Below, in pieces: positions 18,328 to 33,300 of a stretch of 64,000 nucleotides of DNA. Positions within the stretch are counted from its first letter, which is position 1, and each line of letters begins with the position of its first letter. The notes under the pieces are model-generated. The model worked only from the letters and a program-made list of their open reading frames with translations. It was not told the DNA's origin and ran no database searches. The stretch lies in contig JBBDYJ010000020.1 in the NCBI GenBank assembly GCA_040901675.1, positions 64,001 to 128,000 on the forward strand, written 5' to 3'. This DNA is from Pirellulales bacterium (lineage in GTDB: Bacteria > Planctomycetota > Planctomycetia > Pirellulales > JAICIG01). A program made the translations under genes and the position numbers.

Positions 18328-19628
18328 GACTGGCGGGCATGCCGCTGCCCCTCGGCCACGTTGAGTGGCAGCACGATCGCGGCGCCCACTACGATGAACA
18401 CCAGCAGGCTGGTGATGGCGTAGTTGGGGTTGCCGGTGTACGCCAGCATGAAACCGAACAACACAGGCCCGACCACGCTGGCCGCCTTGCTGGACAGGTT
18501 GAAAAAACCGAAGAACTCGGCCGAGTGCCGTTCGGGAGTCATCAGACCCATGATGGCCCGGCTGACCGACTGAGTGCCACCCAGCACCAGTCCGGCCAAC
18601 GCGGCCATGCACCAGAACTGCCACTTCTCGCTAATGAAAAACGCCAGGGCCAACAGCAGCGTCCAGACGGCCAGGCAGACCAACAGCATCGGCTTCTGCC
18701 CGATGCGGTCCGCCAGCGCGCCGACGAGCATGGCGCCGGGCAAAGCGATGAACTGGACCATCAGAATGACGAGGCCCAGTTCCGTCGTCCCCATTTTGAA
18801 CTTTTCGATAGCAAACTGGTGCGACTGAGTGATGACGGTCGAGACGCCGTCGTTGTAAACCAGAAACCCGACCAGGAACAAAGCCAGCATCCGGTAATGC
18901 CGGATGTTGACCAGCGTGCGGCGCACCTCGCCGAAGGCCTTGCGGGCCGCCGCTAAAATGCCCGGCGCGCGCGTGGCCGGCCTGCCCCGGTCGCGCAAGA
19001 CCATCAAGCAGGGGACGGTGAATCCGGCCCACCAGAGTCCCGTGAACAACAGCCCCAGACGCTTGCGGAACACCAGGTCGTCCGGCAGCCCGACCAGGTC
19101 GCCCCACTGGAACATCACGAGTATCAGCGCCAGGGCCAGTCCGCCTCCCAAGTATCCCAGCGCATAGCCCCAGGCCGAGACCCGGCCCATGTTCTCATCC
19201 GAGGCGATCTCCGGCAGAAAGCCGTTGTAAAACCCTTGCGACAGCTCCATGCCCAGGTTAGCCAGCAGGTACAACAGGACTAGCAGCCAAGCTAGATCAG
19301 GCCCGGTGAAAAACATCAGCGAGACGGCCGCCGCTCCGGCCAAGGCGGTTCCTGCCAGCCAGCGGCGTTTGCTGGCGTGCGCATCGGCCACCGCGCCCAG
19401 GATCGGCGACAACATCGCGGCAACGAACATGGTGCCGCCCAACCCCGCACTCAGCAATAGCGTACCCGCCTTGCCGGGCAAGACGTCGTATTTGACGTAG
19501 GAAGCCAGCACCGTGATCGAGATGGTCGAGTAGGCGCTGTTGGCCCAGTCGTACATCGCCCAGGCAAAGATCTCCCGCCGGCTGCCGCGCAGGTCGTCCG
19601 TGGCTGGCAGGGCGGGCTCGTTGCTCAC
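18291..19628 (-). CDS. MFS transporter, UMF1/Atg22-like family
   Basis: WAMYDWANSAY, SPILGAVAD, YNGFLP, GRVSAWGYALGYLGG and AEFFGFF; about 12 TM segments. Confidence 0.9.
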   Translation of the reverse strand: MSNEPALPATDDLRGSRREIFAWAMYDWANSAYSTISITVLASYVKYDVLPGKAGTLLLSAGLGGTMFVAAMLSPILGAVADAHASKRRWLAGTALAGAAAVSLMFFTGPDLAWLLVLLYLLANLGMELSQGFYNGFLPEIASDENMGRVSAWGYALGYLGGGLALALILVMFQWGDLVGLPDDLVFRKRLGLLFTGLWWAGFTVPCLMVLRDRGRPATRAPGILAAARKAFGEVRRTLVNIRHYRMLALFLVGFLVYNDGVSTVITQSHQFAIEKFKMGTTELGLVILMVQFIALPGAMLVGALADRIGQKPMLLVCLAVWTLLLALAFFISEKWQFWCMAALAGLVLGGTQSVSRAIMGLMTPERHSAEFFGFFNLSSKAASVVGPVLFGFMLAYTGNPNYAITSLLVFIVVGAAIVLPLNVAEGQRHARQSKEEGGGRRAEG

Positions 19629-19778
19629 GTCGGTTCCTGTCGCAGGAAACTGGCCTCAGCAGGCTCGAAACTGGCTGGGGCCCGCTTGGCCGCCCATTAT
19701 GGGCGGCGGTCCGACGCGGAACAAGGCGACAATCGGGAGCGGCGGCAGCGTCGGTAAGCAGGGGACCCAAAAGGATGG

Positions 19779-21773
19779 TTATCTCCGGCGTTTCGACGTA
19801 CCGTTGAATTGTGGGCTGGGCATCGAGCGCGATTTCCGACGTGTCTCGCCGGGGTAACCCACGATGGTCACCTGTGTAGCACGGTCGTTGATGTGGAAGC
19901 TGGTACGCGACCCCCTCAGCACCTCGTAGCGGAACATCTCGATGATTTCGCCATTCGTCAAACTGCGGAACTCATATTCGCCCGGAACGAGCGTCACGGT
20001 GCTGTGTCCCGGCCTCGTGACCGCCTGCCGGGCACCGTTGACTTCGACGCGGACTCCGGCATCGCGCACATTCAAGGTGACACGAGCCCGTCCCGTGAGC
20101 TTGAGCCAGTTTCGAGTGACCAGGCCGCTGTCGCGATCCAGGGAAAGGAGCACCAACACAAATGCGGTTGCGCCCAGGTAGAGGGCAGGCCAGTTCCATG
20201 CCGATTTCGTTTCCCCCTCAGGGAGCCGAAGCACGGTATCGAGGGACGCGTGAGCCCCTTCCTGCGAACATAGGAATACACGCACGACCCAGATTGAAAC
20301 AGGGATGGCCAGAATATGAACCGGACAAATCGGCAATAGCGCCAGGCTGCCGGCACCCAGACCAACTGACCTCTGCAAAGCTCCGTCAACGGGATCCCGT
20401 CGGCCGAACAGCGTGATTAAGAGCAGGACGACCCCGATCATGCCCCCCAAAATGCTTGAAATCGCCAGGAGATTTGGAATTGCGCCCCCGCCCGGGACGG
20501 GAGCGATCCCAAAGAACAGCGCGAGGCACAACACAACATCAAGAGCTCCGATAACGGCAATCGAACCGGTTGCTCGCCGACGGAGTGTGGCGGATGGCGG
20601 AAGCGAATCGGACGAATCGCGCGTGGGGCTCGCCCGGCGCATCGATGGCGATGGTCCGACACTCTCCGGCCGGGGGACGCTTTCGGGCTGCTGCAGATGC
20701 GCCAGATGCCGGCCGAGCAGGTCGGCAACTTCTTCCGAAGACTGGAACCGGTCGTCCGGACTCTTTTCCAGCAGCTTGTCGACGATCTCGCACAGCCACT
20801 CGGGTATCTCCGGGTTGACCAGGCGAACGGGCTTTGGTCTGTCGTGAACGACGCGGTGCATCGCGGCCACCGCGGAGTCGGCGGGAAAGGCCGCCCGTCC
20901 CGTACACATCGCGTACACAACGCAGCCGAGACTGAACAGGTCGGTGCGGTGGTCGACTCGTTGCCCCTGAGCCTGTTGGGGAGACATGTACTGCGGCGTC
21001 CCCGTGATCTGACCGGTGCCGGTCACGCCCACGTCGTCCACGGCGCGGGCCAGTCCGAAGTCGCTCAGCTTCACCCGCTCGATGCCGTTCTCCAGCAAGA
21101 CATTGGACGGCTTGACGTCGCGATGGACCAGGCCCTGCCGATGCGCCGCCGCCAGACCGGCGGCCGTCTGCATGCCGATCCGCAGGATCGATTTGACATC
21201 CAGGGCGCCGACCTCGTCGATCTTCCGCTGAAGCGACAGGCCGTCAACGTACTCCATCACGATGAACGGCGGCCGCGCCTCTTGGTCGATTGCGTATATC
21301 GTCACCACGTGATCGTGACTGACGGCTGCGGCCGACTGAGCTTCTCGCAGAAATCGCCGCACGGACATGGGATTGGCCGCGAGTTCCGGCGCGAGCAGCT
21401 TGATCGCGACCGTGCGTTTGAGCCTGGGGTCATGGGCATGCAGGACAACGCCCATGCCGCCGCGTCCGACCAGTTGAATGATTTGATACTGTCCGAGCAT
21501 TCCGATGCAGTCGGGGCTGGCGCTGGGGGTGAGAAGTTCACGCCAGGCTTCATCGGTCTTGTTGCCGGACATGCCCCCATCTGCGCCAACTGTCTCAACT
21601 ACGTCTGCCGGTTGCTTTTCCAGAAAACTTCCGGCGTCCTCGTGAGCGGCGAGCAGGATCTCCACCCGTCGACGCAACTCGGGTTGGTCACGGCAGACTT
21701 CGTTCAGAAATGCGGCACGCTCCTGGGGACCCCCTTTGTCCAGTGCTTCCAGAAAAATAGTTCGCTCGTTCAT
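19779..21773 (-). CDS. Hanks-type Ser/Thr kinase with multi-TM C-terminus and small extracytoplasmic domain
   Basis: MNERTIFLEAL N-terminus, GRGGMG, VAIK, HRDVKPSN, DFGLA, GTPQYMSP and DLFSLG. Confidence 0.95.
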   Translation of the reverse strand: MNERTIFLEALDKGGPQERAAFLNEVCRDQPELRRRVEILLAAHEDAGSFLEKQPADVVETVGADGGMSGNKTDEAWRELLTPSASPDCIGMLGQYQIIQLVGRGGMGVVLHAHDPRLKRTVAIKLLAPELAANPMSVRRFLREAQSAAAVSHDHVVTIYAIDQEARPPFIVMEYVDGLSLQRKIDEVGALDVKSILRIGMQTAAGLAAAHRQGLVHRDVKPSNVLLENGIERVKLSDFGLARAVDDVGVTGTGQITGTPQYMSPQQAQGQRVDHRTDLFSLGCVVYAMCTGRAAFPADSAVAAMHRVVHDRPKPVRLVNPEIPEWLCEIVDKLLEKSPDDRFQSSEEVADLLGRHLAHLQQPESVPRPESVGPSPSMRRASPTRDSSDSLPPSATLRRRATGSIAVIGALDVVLCLALFFGIAPVPGGGAIPNLLAISSILGGMIGVVLLLITLFGRRDPVDGALQRSVGLGAGSLALLPICPVHILAIPVSIWVVRVFLCSQEGAHASLDTVLRLPEGETKSAWNWPALYLGATAFVLVLLSLDRDSGLVTRNWLKLTGRARVTLNVRDAGVRVEVNGARQAVTRPGHSTVTLVPGEYEFRSLTNGEIIEMFRYEVLRGSRTSFHINDRATQVTIVGYPGETRRKSRSMPSPQFNGTSKRRR

Positions 21774-21821
21774 TGTTTGGATTCCGCATCTGCCACTTGC
21801 CGGATTCACGGCCCCACACTT

Positions 21822-21858
21822 GACAATGCGAATCCCACGGGCGGACTCCGCCAAGATT
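21822..21858 (-). promoter_or_regulatory. Candidate ECF-sigma promoter (variant copy)
   Basis: AATCTTGGCGGAG...ATTCGCATTG aligns without gaps to the motifs at 30307 and 37402. Confidence 0.55.
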
Positions 21859-21869
21859 TCTACAAATGC

Positions 21870-22442
21870 TCAAGGCGGGCTTCCGCTTTCAGAGCGCAAC
21901 TCGCTAAACAACCACGCTTTAGACCAGGTCCAGAGGCGTTCCGTTGATCGCACGGAGAGGCCCAGTGCCTGGGCGGCTTCCTGAACCGTCAAGCCCGTGA
22001 AGTACCGTAGCTTGACGAGCGTCGCCGCCTGTTCGTCAATCGTGACGAGCCGGTTCAGGGCCTCGTTCACGACCAGCACGTCGTGTTTGATGTCGGGCGC
22101 TGCGATTTCGGCTGCCAGTAGCTCCCGGCGCTCAAGATCGCCGCCGCGTTTCCGGCTGCGCTTCCGCCGCGCATTTTCGACGAGAATCCGCCGCATGGCC
22201 TCGGCAGCCGCTGCGAAGAAATGGCCGCGCGAGTCCCAGCGCTGCTGATGCTCGACAGCGACCAGACGGACGAATGCGTCGTGCACCAGCGCAGTCGCCT
22301 GGAGCGTCTGCCCGGGGGGCTCCCTGGCCACCCATCGGGCCGCCAGCTTCCGCAATTCGTCGTAGACCAGCGGGAGCAGCCTTTCGGATGCGCCGCGATC
22401 GCCGCCGTGCATATCGTCGAGGATCTGGGTGACGTCGGTCAT
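21870..22442 (-). CDS. ECF sigma factor (PF07638/TIGR02999-like, kinase-associated)
   Basis: DVTQIL, LLPLVYDELRKLA, QTLQATALVHDA, HFFAAAAEAMRRILVE and VKLRYF. Confidence 0.95.
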   Translation of the reverse strand: MTDVTQILDDMHGGDRGASERLLPLVYDELRKLAARWVAREPPGQTLQATALVHDAFVRLVAVEHQQRWDSRGHFFAAAAEAMRRILVENARRKRSRKRGGDLERRELLAAEIAAPDIKHDVLVVNEALNRLVTIDEQAATLVKLRYFTGLTVQEAAQALGLSVRSTERLWTWSKAWLFSELRSESGSPP

Positions 22443-22589
22443 AACGTCGATTATACCGACGTCCCTGTGCTGAATCTGCGAGTCCTACCTCAACGGCTGA
22501 ACACCAGATTGGCCGGTGTCTCGGCCTTTGGTAAACCAAAAGGCAGGCTCTTTAGGTCGACGACCCCGGCCGGCCTGGCGTTCGGACTG

Positions 22590-23987
<1,398 letters not shown>

Positions 23988-24006
23988 CTACCGGAGCGGT
24001 AGGCGA

Positions 24007-24108
24007 GAGGGAAGAAGGCAGAGGGCAGAGGGAAGAAGGCAGCGGGTTGTGGCACTGCTTGGAGGTCCCAACGTGTTGGGACCGAGAAGCAGTGGTGCTC
24101 CGCACCAT
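24007..24108. repeat. Heptamer array plus GTGGCACTGCTTGGAGG palindromic element
   Basis: Five GA(A/G)GG(C/A)A units, then GTGGCACTGCTTGGAGGTCCCAACGTGTTGGGACCGAGAAGCAGTG. A related inverted copy lies at about 40877-40924. Confidence 0.7.
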
Positions 24109-24166
24109 CGGAGGGCCTTTGGATCGGTAAACCGGAGCGGCCCGGAGTTCGGGACCTGTAGCTGCG

Positions 24167-25585
24167 TCAGAGGGTCTTGAGATACTCCAGCACGGCGCGC
24201 TTTTGGCCTTCGTCGAGCTGGTCGGGGAATAAGTGGCCCTCGGCACTCTTGCCTTTGACGCGGGTGTCGAAATACTGCCGCCTCTGGGCGCCGCTTTTGG
24301 CCTCGGCGGGCACCTGGTCGAAGCTCTGGATCTCCAGGCCGACCTTTTCCTGGTCGTAACCGTCCTCGGTCCGCGACCAGACGGCCGGCCTCTGGTCGGG
24401 ATGGAACAGGTGCCAGAGCGTGGGGACCGAGCCGTTGTGCAAGTAGGGCGCCGAAGCCCAGATGCCGTCGAGCGGCGGGGCCACATAGCCGGCCGGATCG
24501 GTGCTCCCCTGCAAGCGGCCATAATGATTGAACCAGCTCGACTGGTAGGCCTGGCGTCCCGCCACCGTGATCGCATCCAGCCGCGAACGGTCGGTCCCGA
24601 CCACGTCGATCGGCACCACCTTGTTCGGATACGTCTCGCTTTGGCCGTAGGTGCCATGGCACTCGCTGCACGAATGGTTGAACAACTTCTCGCCCTGCTC
24701 GGCCAGTTGCGGGTCGATGGCGAAAGCATAGCCGGGCGGCTCGAGCGATTCGATCCAGGCCAGGATGTCGGCGTACTCGGCTTCCCACTCGCGGAACTTT
24801 TCGGGGCCGTTGCTGGGCAAGAGCAGGAACTGCATCAGGGCCCGGTGGCCCTTGGCGACGAAGCCGTCGGCATACAAGTGCGTTTTCTTTTTGATGTTCC
24901 ACCAGGGGGGCGCATCGTGGTCGTGGTGCAGCAGCTTGGGCGGCAGCCGGTTGCGGTACACGTTCAAATCCGCGTCGCGGTAGGCCAACAGCACCACGCC
25001 GAACATCACCGCGTTGGTCGTGCCGTTGGACGATCCGAGCGGCATGCCGGCGCCTCCCAGGTCCATGTGCGCCAGCGGCTTGCCCAACCGCAGCTTGGTG
25101 GCCCGGACCTCATTGGTCAAAGTCTCCAAGGCGTAATGCGAATTAGGCAGACCGGGAATGACCTGGCCGGCCACCTTGCCGCCATGACAGGCCAGGCAGC
25201 TCATCACCCAGCCCCCCTGGCCATCGTCGACGTATTGCAGGGCGACGCCCCCTTCCCGCCCCGGCGCCTCGGTCAGCCCGTAGCGCGAGAAGGCCATTCG
25301 ACGCCGCTCGTCGGGCGTGGCCGCCGCCGCCTGGGACCTGAGTGGCTCCTCCCACGTCTTCCAGAGCTCGTCGAACACCTGCTGGTCGAAATCGGGCGGC
25401 AAGTAGGGTTTGGTCGTCAGCCAGCGATAGCCCCGCTCGGGCGCGGTCTCAGCGGAGCCTGCCGCGGCCGCAAGATCGTCGCCGGCACAGACGTTCGCCG
25501 CCAGGCAGAGGCAGACCGCCAAACAGCCCGAATTCTGGCGAATCCGGCTACGCGTGAGTTTACTGTGGGCCGATGCGCGACGCAT
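24167..25585 (-). CDS. Secreted diheme c-type cytochrome, RoxA/MauG-like
   Basis: Two CxxCH motifs (CLACH, CSECH) and GYVAPPLDGIWASAPYLHNGSVPTL. Confidence 0.85.
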   Translation of the reverse strand: MRRASAHSKLTRSRIRQNSGCLAVCLCLAANVCAGDDLAAAAGSAETAPERGYRWLTTKPYLPPDFDQQVFDELWKTWEEPLRSQAAAATPDERRRMAFSRYGLTEAPGREGGVALQYVDDGQGGWVMSCLACHGGKVAGQVIPGLPNSHYALETLTNEVRATKLRLGKPLAHMDLGGAGMPLGSSNGTTNAVMFGVVLLAYRDADLNVYRNRLPPKLLHHDHDAPPWWNIKKKTHLYADGFVAKGHRALMQFLLLPSNGPEKFREWEAEYADILAWIESLEPPGYAFAIDPQLAEQGEKLFNHSCSECHGTYGQSETYPNKVVPIDVVGTDRSRLDAITVAGRQAYQSSWFNHYGRLQGSTDPAGYVAPPLDGIWASAPYLHNGSVPTLWHLFHPDQRPAVWSRTEDGYDQEKVGLEIQSFDQVPAEAKSGAQRRQYFDTRVKGKSAEGHLFPDQLDEGQKRAVLEYLKTL

Positions 25586-25680
25586 GTCAGTTCATTGCTC
25601 GTGAGAAGTGGCTCGTGCAAGCTCCTCGCTGGCGCGTCGGGTTAGTGTAGCAGGACTCGCCAGAGTTCTGGTGATAGTTG

Positions 25681-29385
<3,705 letters not shown>

Positions 29386-29701
29386 GCACTGGTCAACCGC
29401 AAGGGATCGAAAGCGATAACGTGAGACACAGACAGATCAGCCGGAGGCATGGTTCGGCCCTGGCCGATCTGGCACTTGAGGCGGCGTCCTGCCAGTATAC
29501 GCGTGTTTAGCACGTCCGTCGAGACGGCCGGTTCGTAGTAACCGCATTCATGCGGTCTCTCCAGACCATTCTCGGCTTGGCATTAGACGCCCGTTTTCGG
29601 TGCTGGCCGCCCCGGCCGATTATCCAGCAGAGCGCATGGATCGCATAGGCGCCGTGCCGCTATAATCTCTGCCTTGCCAAGGTGACCCGGCGGCTCCGCT
29701 C

Positions 29702-30265
29702 ATGTCCGACGTGACCCGCATCCTGTCGCAAATCGAAGCGGGCGACCCGTCGGCCTCGGACCAGCTCTTGCCGTTGGTGTATGACGAGCTGCGGAAGCTG
29801 GCCGCGGCCAGGCTGGCCCGGGAGAAGCCGGGGCAGACGCTGCAGGCCACGGCGTTGGTGCACGACGCCTATATCCGCCTGGTGGACGTCGAAAAGGCCC
29901 AGCATTGGGACAGTCGCCGCCATTTCTTCGCCGCCGCGGCCGAGGCGATGCGGCGGATTCTGGTGGAAAGCGCCCGGCGGCGGAAATCGGTCAAACACGG
30001 GGGGCAGCGGGTGCGGGTCGACCTGGACGAGGCGCTCGTCGTCGCGAACGAACCGCGCGATGACCTCCTTGAACTCGACGAGCTCTTGGAGCAACTGGCC
30101 GGCGCGGACCCCCGGGCGGCGGAGTTGGTCAAGCTCCGGTTTTTTGCCGGCCTGACCGGCGACGAGGCGGCCGAGGTCTTGGGCGTTTCGCCGCGATCCG
30201 CCGACCTGCTCTGGGCCTACGCCCGGGCCTGGCTTTTCGAGAAACTGCAAGGTGAAAGGGGATGA
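29702..30265 (+). CDS. ECF sigma factor (PF07638/TIGR02999-like)
   Basis: Paralog of 21870-22442 with the same motifs. TATAAT lies at 29661-29666. Confidence 0.95.
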   Translation: MSDVTRILSQIEAGDPSASDQLLPLVYDELRKLAAARLAREKPGQTLQATALVHDAYIRLVDVEKAQHWDSRRHFFAAAAEAMRRILVESARRRKSVKHGGQRVRVDLDEALVVANEPRDDLLELDELLEQLAGADPRAAELVKLRFFAGLTGDEAAEVLGVSPRSADLLWAYARAWLFEKLQGERG

Positions 30266-30306
30266 GGCGCACGGAGGCGTCGTGTTCCGGTTCTGATTTT
30301 TTGAAG

Positions 30307-30343
30307 AATCTTTGCGCTCGCCGGCCGCCGATTTCGCATAGAG
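30307..30343 (+). promoter_or_regulatory. Candidate ECF-sigma promoter upstream of the kinase
   Basis: AATCTTTGCGCTCGCCGGCCGCCGATTTCGCATAGAG, 33/37 identical to 37402-37438. Confidence 0.65.
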
Positions 30344-30374
30344 ATTTCGAGGGGTCCACGAAAAGGGTCTTGCC

Positions 30375-33300
30375 GTGAACGAACGAGAGCTGTTTATCGC
30401 CGCGCTGCAGATCGATGACGATGCCCAGCGCGCGGCCTACCTGGACGAGGCGTGTAGCGGCGATGCCGGGCTGCGAGAGCGCGTGGAGGCCTTGCTGAAG
30501 GCCTTCACCGAGGCGGGGAGCTTTTTGCAGCAGCCGGCCCTCGAATCCAGCGCCACGGTGGTTGAGCCGGCGGCCGAGAAGCCGGGTGCGCTGATCGGGC
30601 CCTATAAGCTGCTCCAGGTGGTCGGCGAAGGGGGAATGGGCGTGGTCTGGATGGCCGAGCAGTCGCACCCCATGCAGCGCCGCGTGGCGCTGAAGATCAT
30701 CAAGCCGGGGATGGACACGCGGCAGGTGATTGCCCGATTTGAAGCGGAGCGGCAGGCGCTGGCCGTGATGGACCACCCCCATATCGCCAAAGTCTTTGAC
30801 GCGGGCACGACCGATACCGGCCGGCCGTACTTCGTGATGGAGCTGGTCAAGGGACAGCCGATCACCGCGTATTGCGATGAGCATTGCCTGACGCCTCGCC
30901 AGCGGCTGGAGTTGTTCGTGCCGGTCTGCCAGGCACTGCAGCACGCGCACCAGAAGGGGATCATCCATCGCGACATCAAGCCCTCCAACGTGCTGATCGC
31001 CCCCTACGACGGCAAACCCGTGGTCAAGGTGATCGACTTCGGCGTCGCCAAGGCCACCGGCCAGCGGCTGACCGAGAAGACCCTGTTCACGGAATTCGGT
31101 GCGGTGGTGGGGACGGTCGAGTACATGAGCCCTGAGCAGGCCGAGCTGAACAACCAGGACATCGATACGCGCAGCGACATCTACTCGCTGGGAGTTCTCT
31201 TGTACGAGCTGCTGACCGGGACTACCCCGCTGAGCCGCGAGCGGCTGAAGCAGGCGGCCTTCGCGGAGATGTTGCGGATCATCCGCGAGGAGGAGCCGCC
31301 AAAGCCGAGCCGGCGGTTGTCGGATTCGACCGATTCGCTGCCGTCAATCTCCGCGCAGCGACAAATGGAGCCGGAGAAGCTGACCCGGCTGGTGCGCGGC
31401 GAGTTGGACTGGATCGTGATGAAGAGCCTGGAAAAAGACCGCAACCGCCGTTACGAAACGGCCAACGGCCTGGCCGCCGACGTCGAGCGCTATCTGAGCG
31501 ATGAGCCGGTGCAGGCCTGCCCCCCCTCGGCGAGCTATTTGCTCCGCAAATTCGTTCAGCGGCATAAGGGCCTAGTGGCTACGGCTTCTCTCATCCTGAT
31601 TGCATTGCTGATAGCAATCGCCGGCACAACCTGGGGCTTGGTGCAGGCTGAGCGTGGACGCAGCGCCGCAGAACAGGCGCGCAGCGGGGAGGCCAGCCAG
31701 CGCGCCGAGGCAGTCGGAAACCTCTACGACTCTCTGGTCGGCGAGGCCCGAGCGCTCCGGCTGGCGCGCGTCGTCGGTTATCGCGAGCAGGCCTGGCAGC
31801 GGTTGCGCCAGGCGGCGGAGCTTGGTACTCCGAAGCGCGACCTGGTCCAACTCCGGAGGGAAGCCGCAGCATGCTTGGGCGATTTTGTCGGGCTGGATCC
31901 AACAGTTCTCAAGGACTTTGGGGACAGACGTATCAGTGCGATCGCGCTTCATCCGCGGGGGCACCAGTTGGCGCTCGGGTTCACGGACGGATCGCTCTCG
32001 CTGCGCGGCCTGCCGAACGGGGCGGAGATCGCCCGCTGGAGCGGTCACCCCGGCGCTTCTATCAAGTCGGTCGCGTTTGATCCCGACGGGAAGTGCTGTG
32101 CTTCCGCAGCAGCCGACGGGACCATCGTGCTGGGGGAGCCAAACATCGAAGGCGGGTGGAGCTGCAAATGGACCTCTACGATCGATCTCCTTGACCAGAG
32201 TCTTCCTGCGAATTCCATGACGATTGTCTTTACTCATGACGGAAAGCAATTAGCGGGCTGTTCCTCTGGCGGATCAACGATTCAGTTCTGTCTTACCGCG
32301 GACGGCCAGCCGACGGACCGGTTTGAGGCGCCGGATAAACTGTCGGGCTCTATGGCACTCAGTCCCGATGGCCGGTTGTTGGCGGCTGGCCATCGCGGCA
32401 ACGGCGAACATGCCGTCCGCGTCTGGGACATCGCCAGCGGAACGGTAAAAGAGGACCTTTTTCCCAAGCTCGCCCAGATCGCGGACCTGAAATTCAGTCC
32501 GGACGGCAAGCTGCTTGCCTGCGGGTGTGACGCGGGCGCGGCTGTTTTCGATACATCCACCTTTCAGCGTCAACTTTTTTTCTTGGGCGGTAACATTTTT
32601 GATGTTGACTTCAACCCCGACAGCCAGTTGCTCGCAGGCGGCACGCATGGCGCAACCAGACTTTGGGATCTCGTCACGAATCGAGAGCTTGCCACCCTTC
32701 TGCAGCCGCTGGCCCCGGAAGACCCGTCGTGGTCGGACTTCGTTTACTCGATCGCACTGAGCCAAGACGGCAAAACGCTTGTGTCGGCCAGCCGAAGGAG
32801 GATTGTCCTGTGGAATTTGGCAGGCGCCACCGAGAGGGTTCTACTGAAACGCTTTGCAGGCGGGATTCCGGGGGTGGCGTTCAGCCCTCAAGGAGATCTG
32901 CTGGCGAGCGTGAGCAAGGATCGGTCGGTGACGCTTTGGGACCCCGCCACAGGGCGACTTGTTCGAGATTTGACCGGTTGTCAGGGTGAGGTTCAAGCTG
33001 TCGCTTTCAGCCCCGATGGCCGGCTGGTGGCCGCGGGAGACTGGTCCAAGGGTGAAAGCGTTCGCATCTGGGATGTCAATACCGGCCGAAGTTTGGTCGC
33101 GCTCGACCCTCAGCTCGGCGAAGTCTGGTCGGTGACCTTCAGTCGCGACGGACAGTACTTTGCGGCCGGTGGTGAGCAGGGATGGATCGTCTGGAAGTTC
33201 GACAAAGATCGTGCGAACGGCGGCGTTGGGGCGGAACCGCTGCTCCAGGTCATGACCCGCCAGCAAATCATAACCGGGGTCGGCTGTTTGTGCTTCACCC

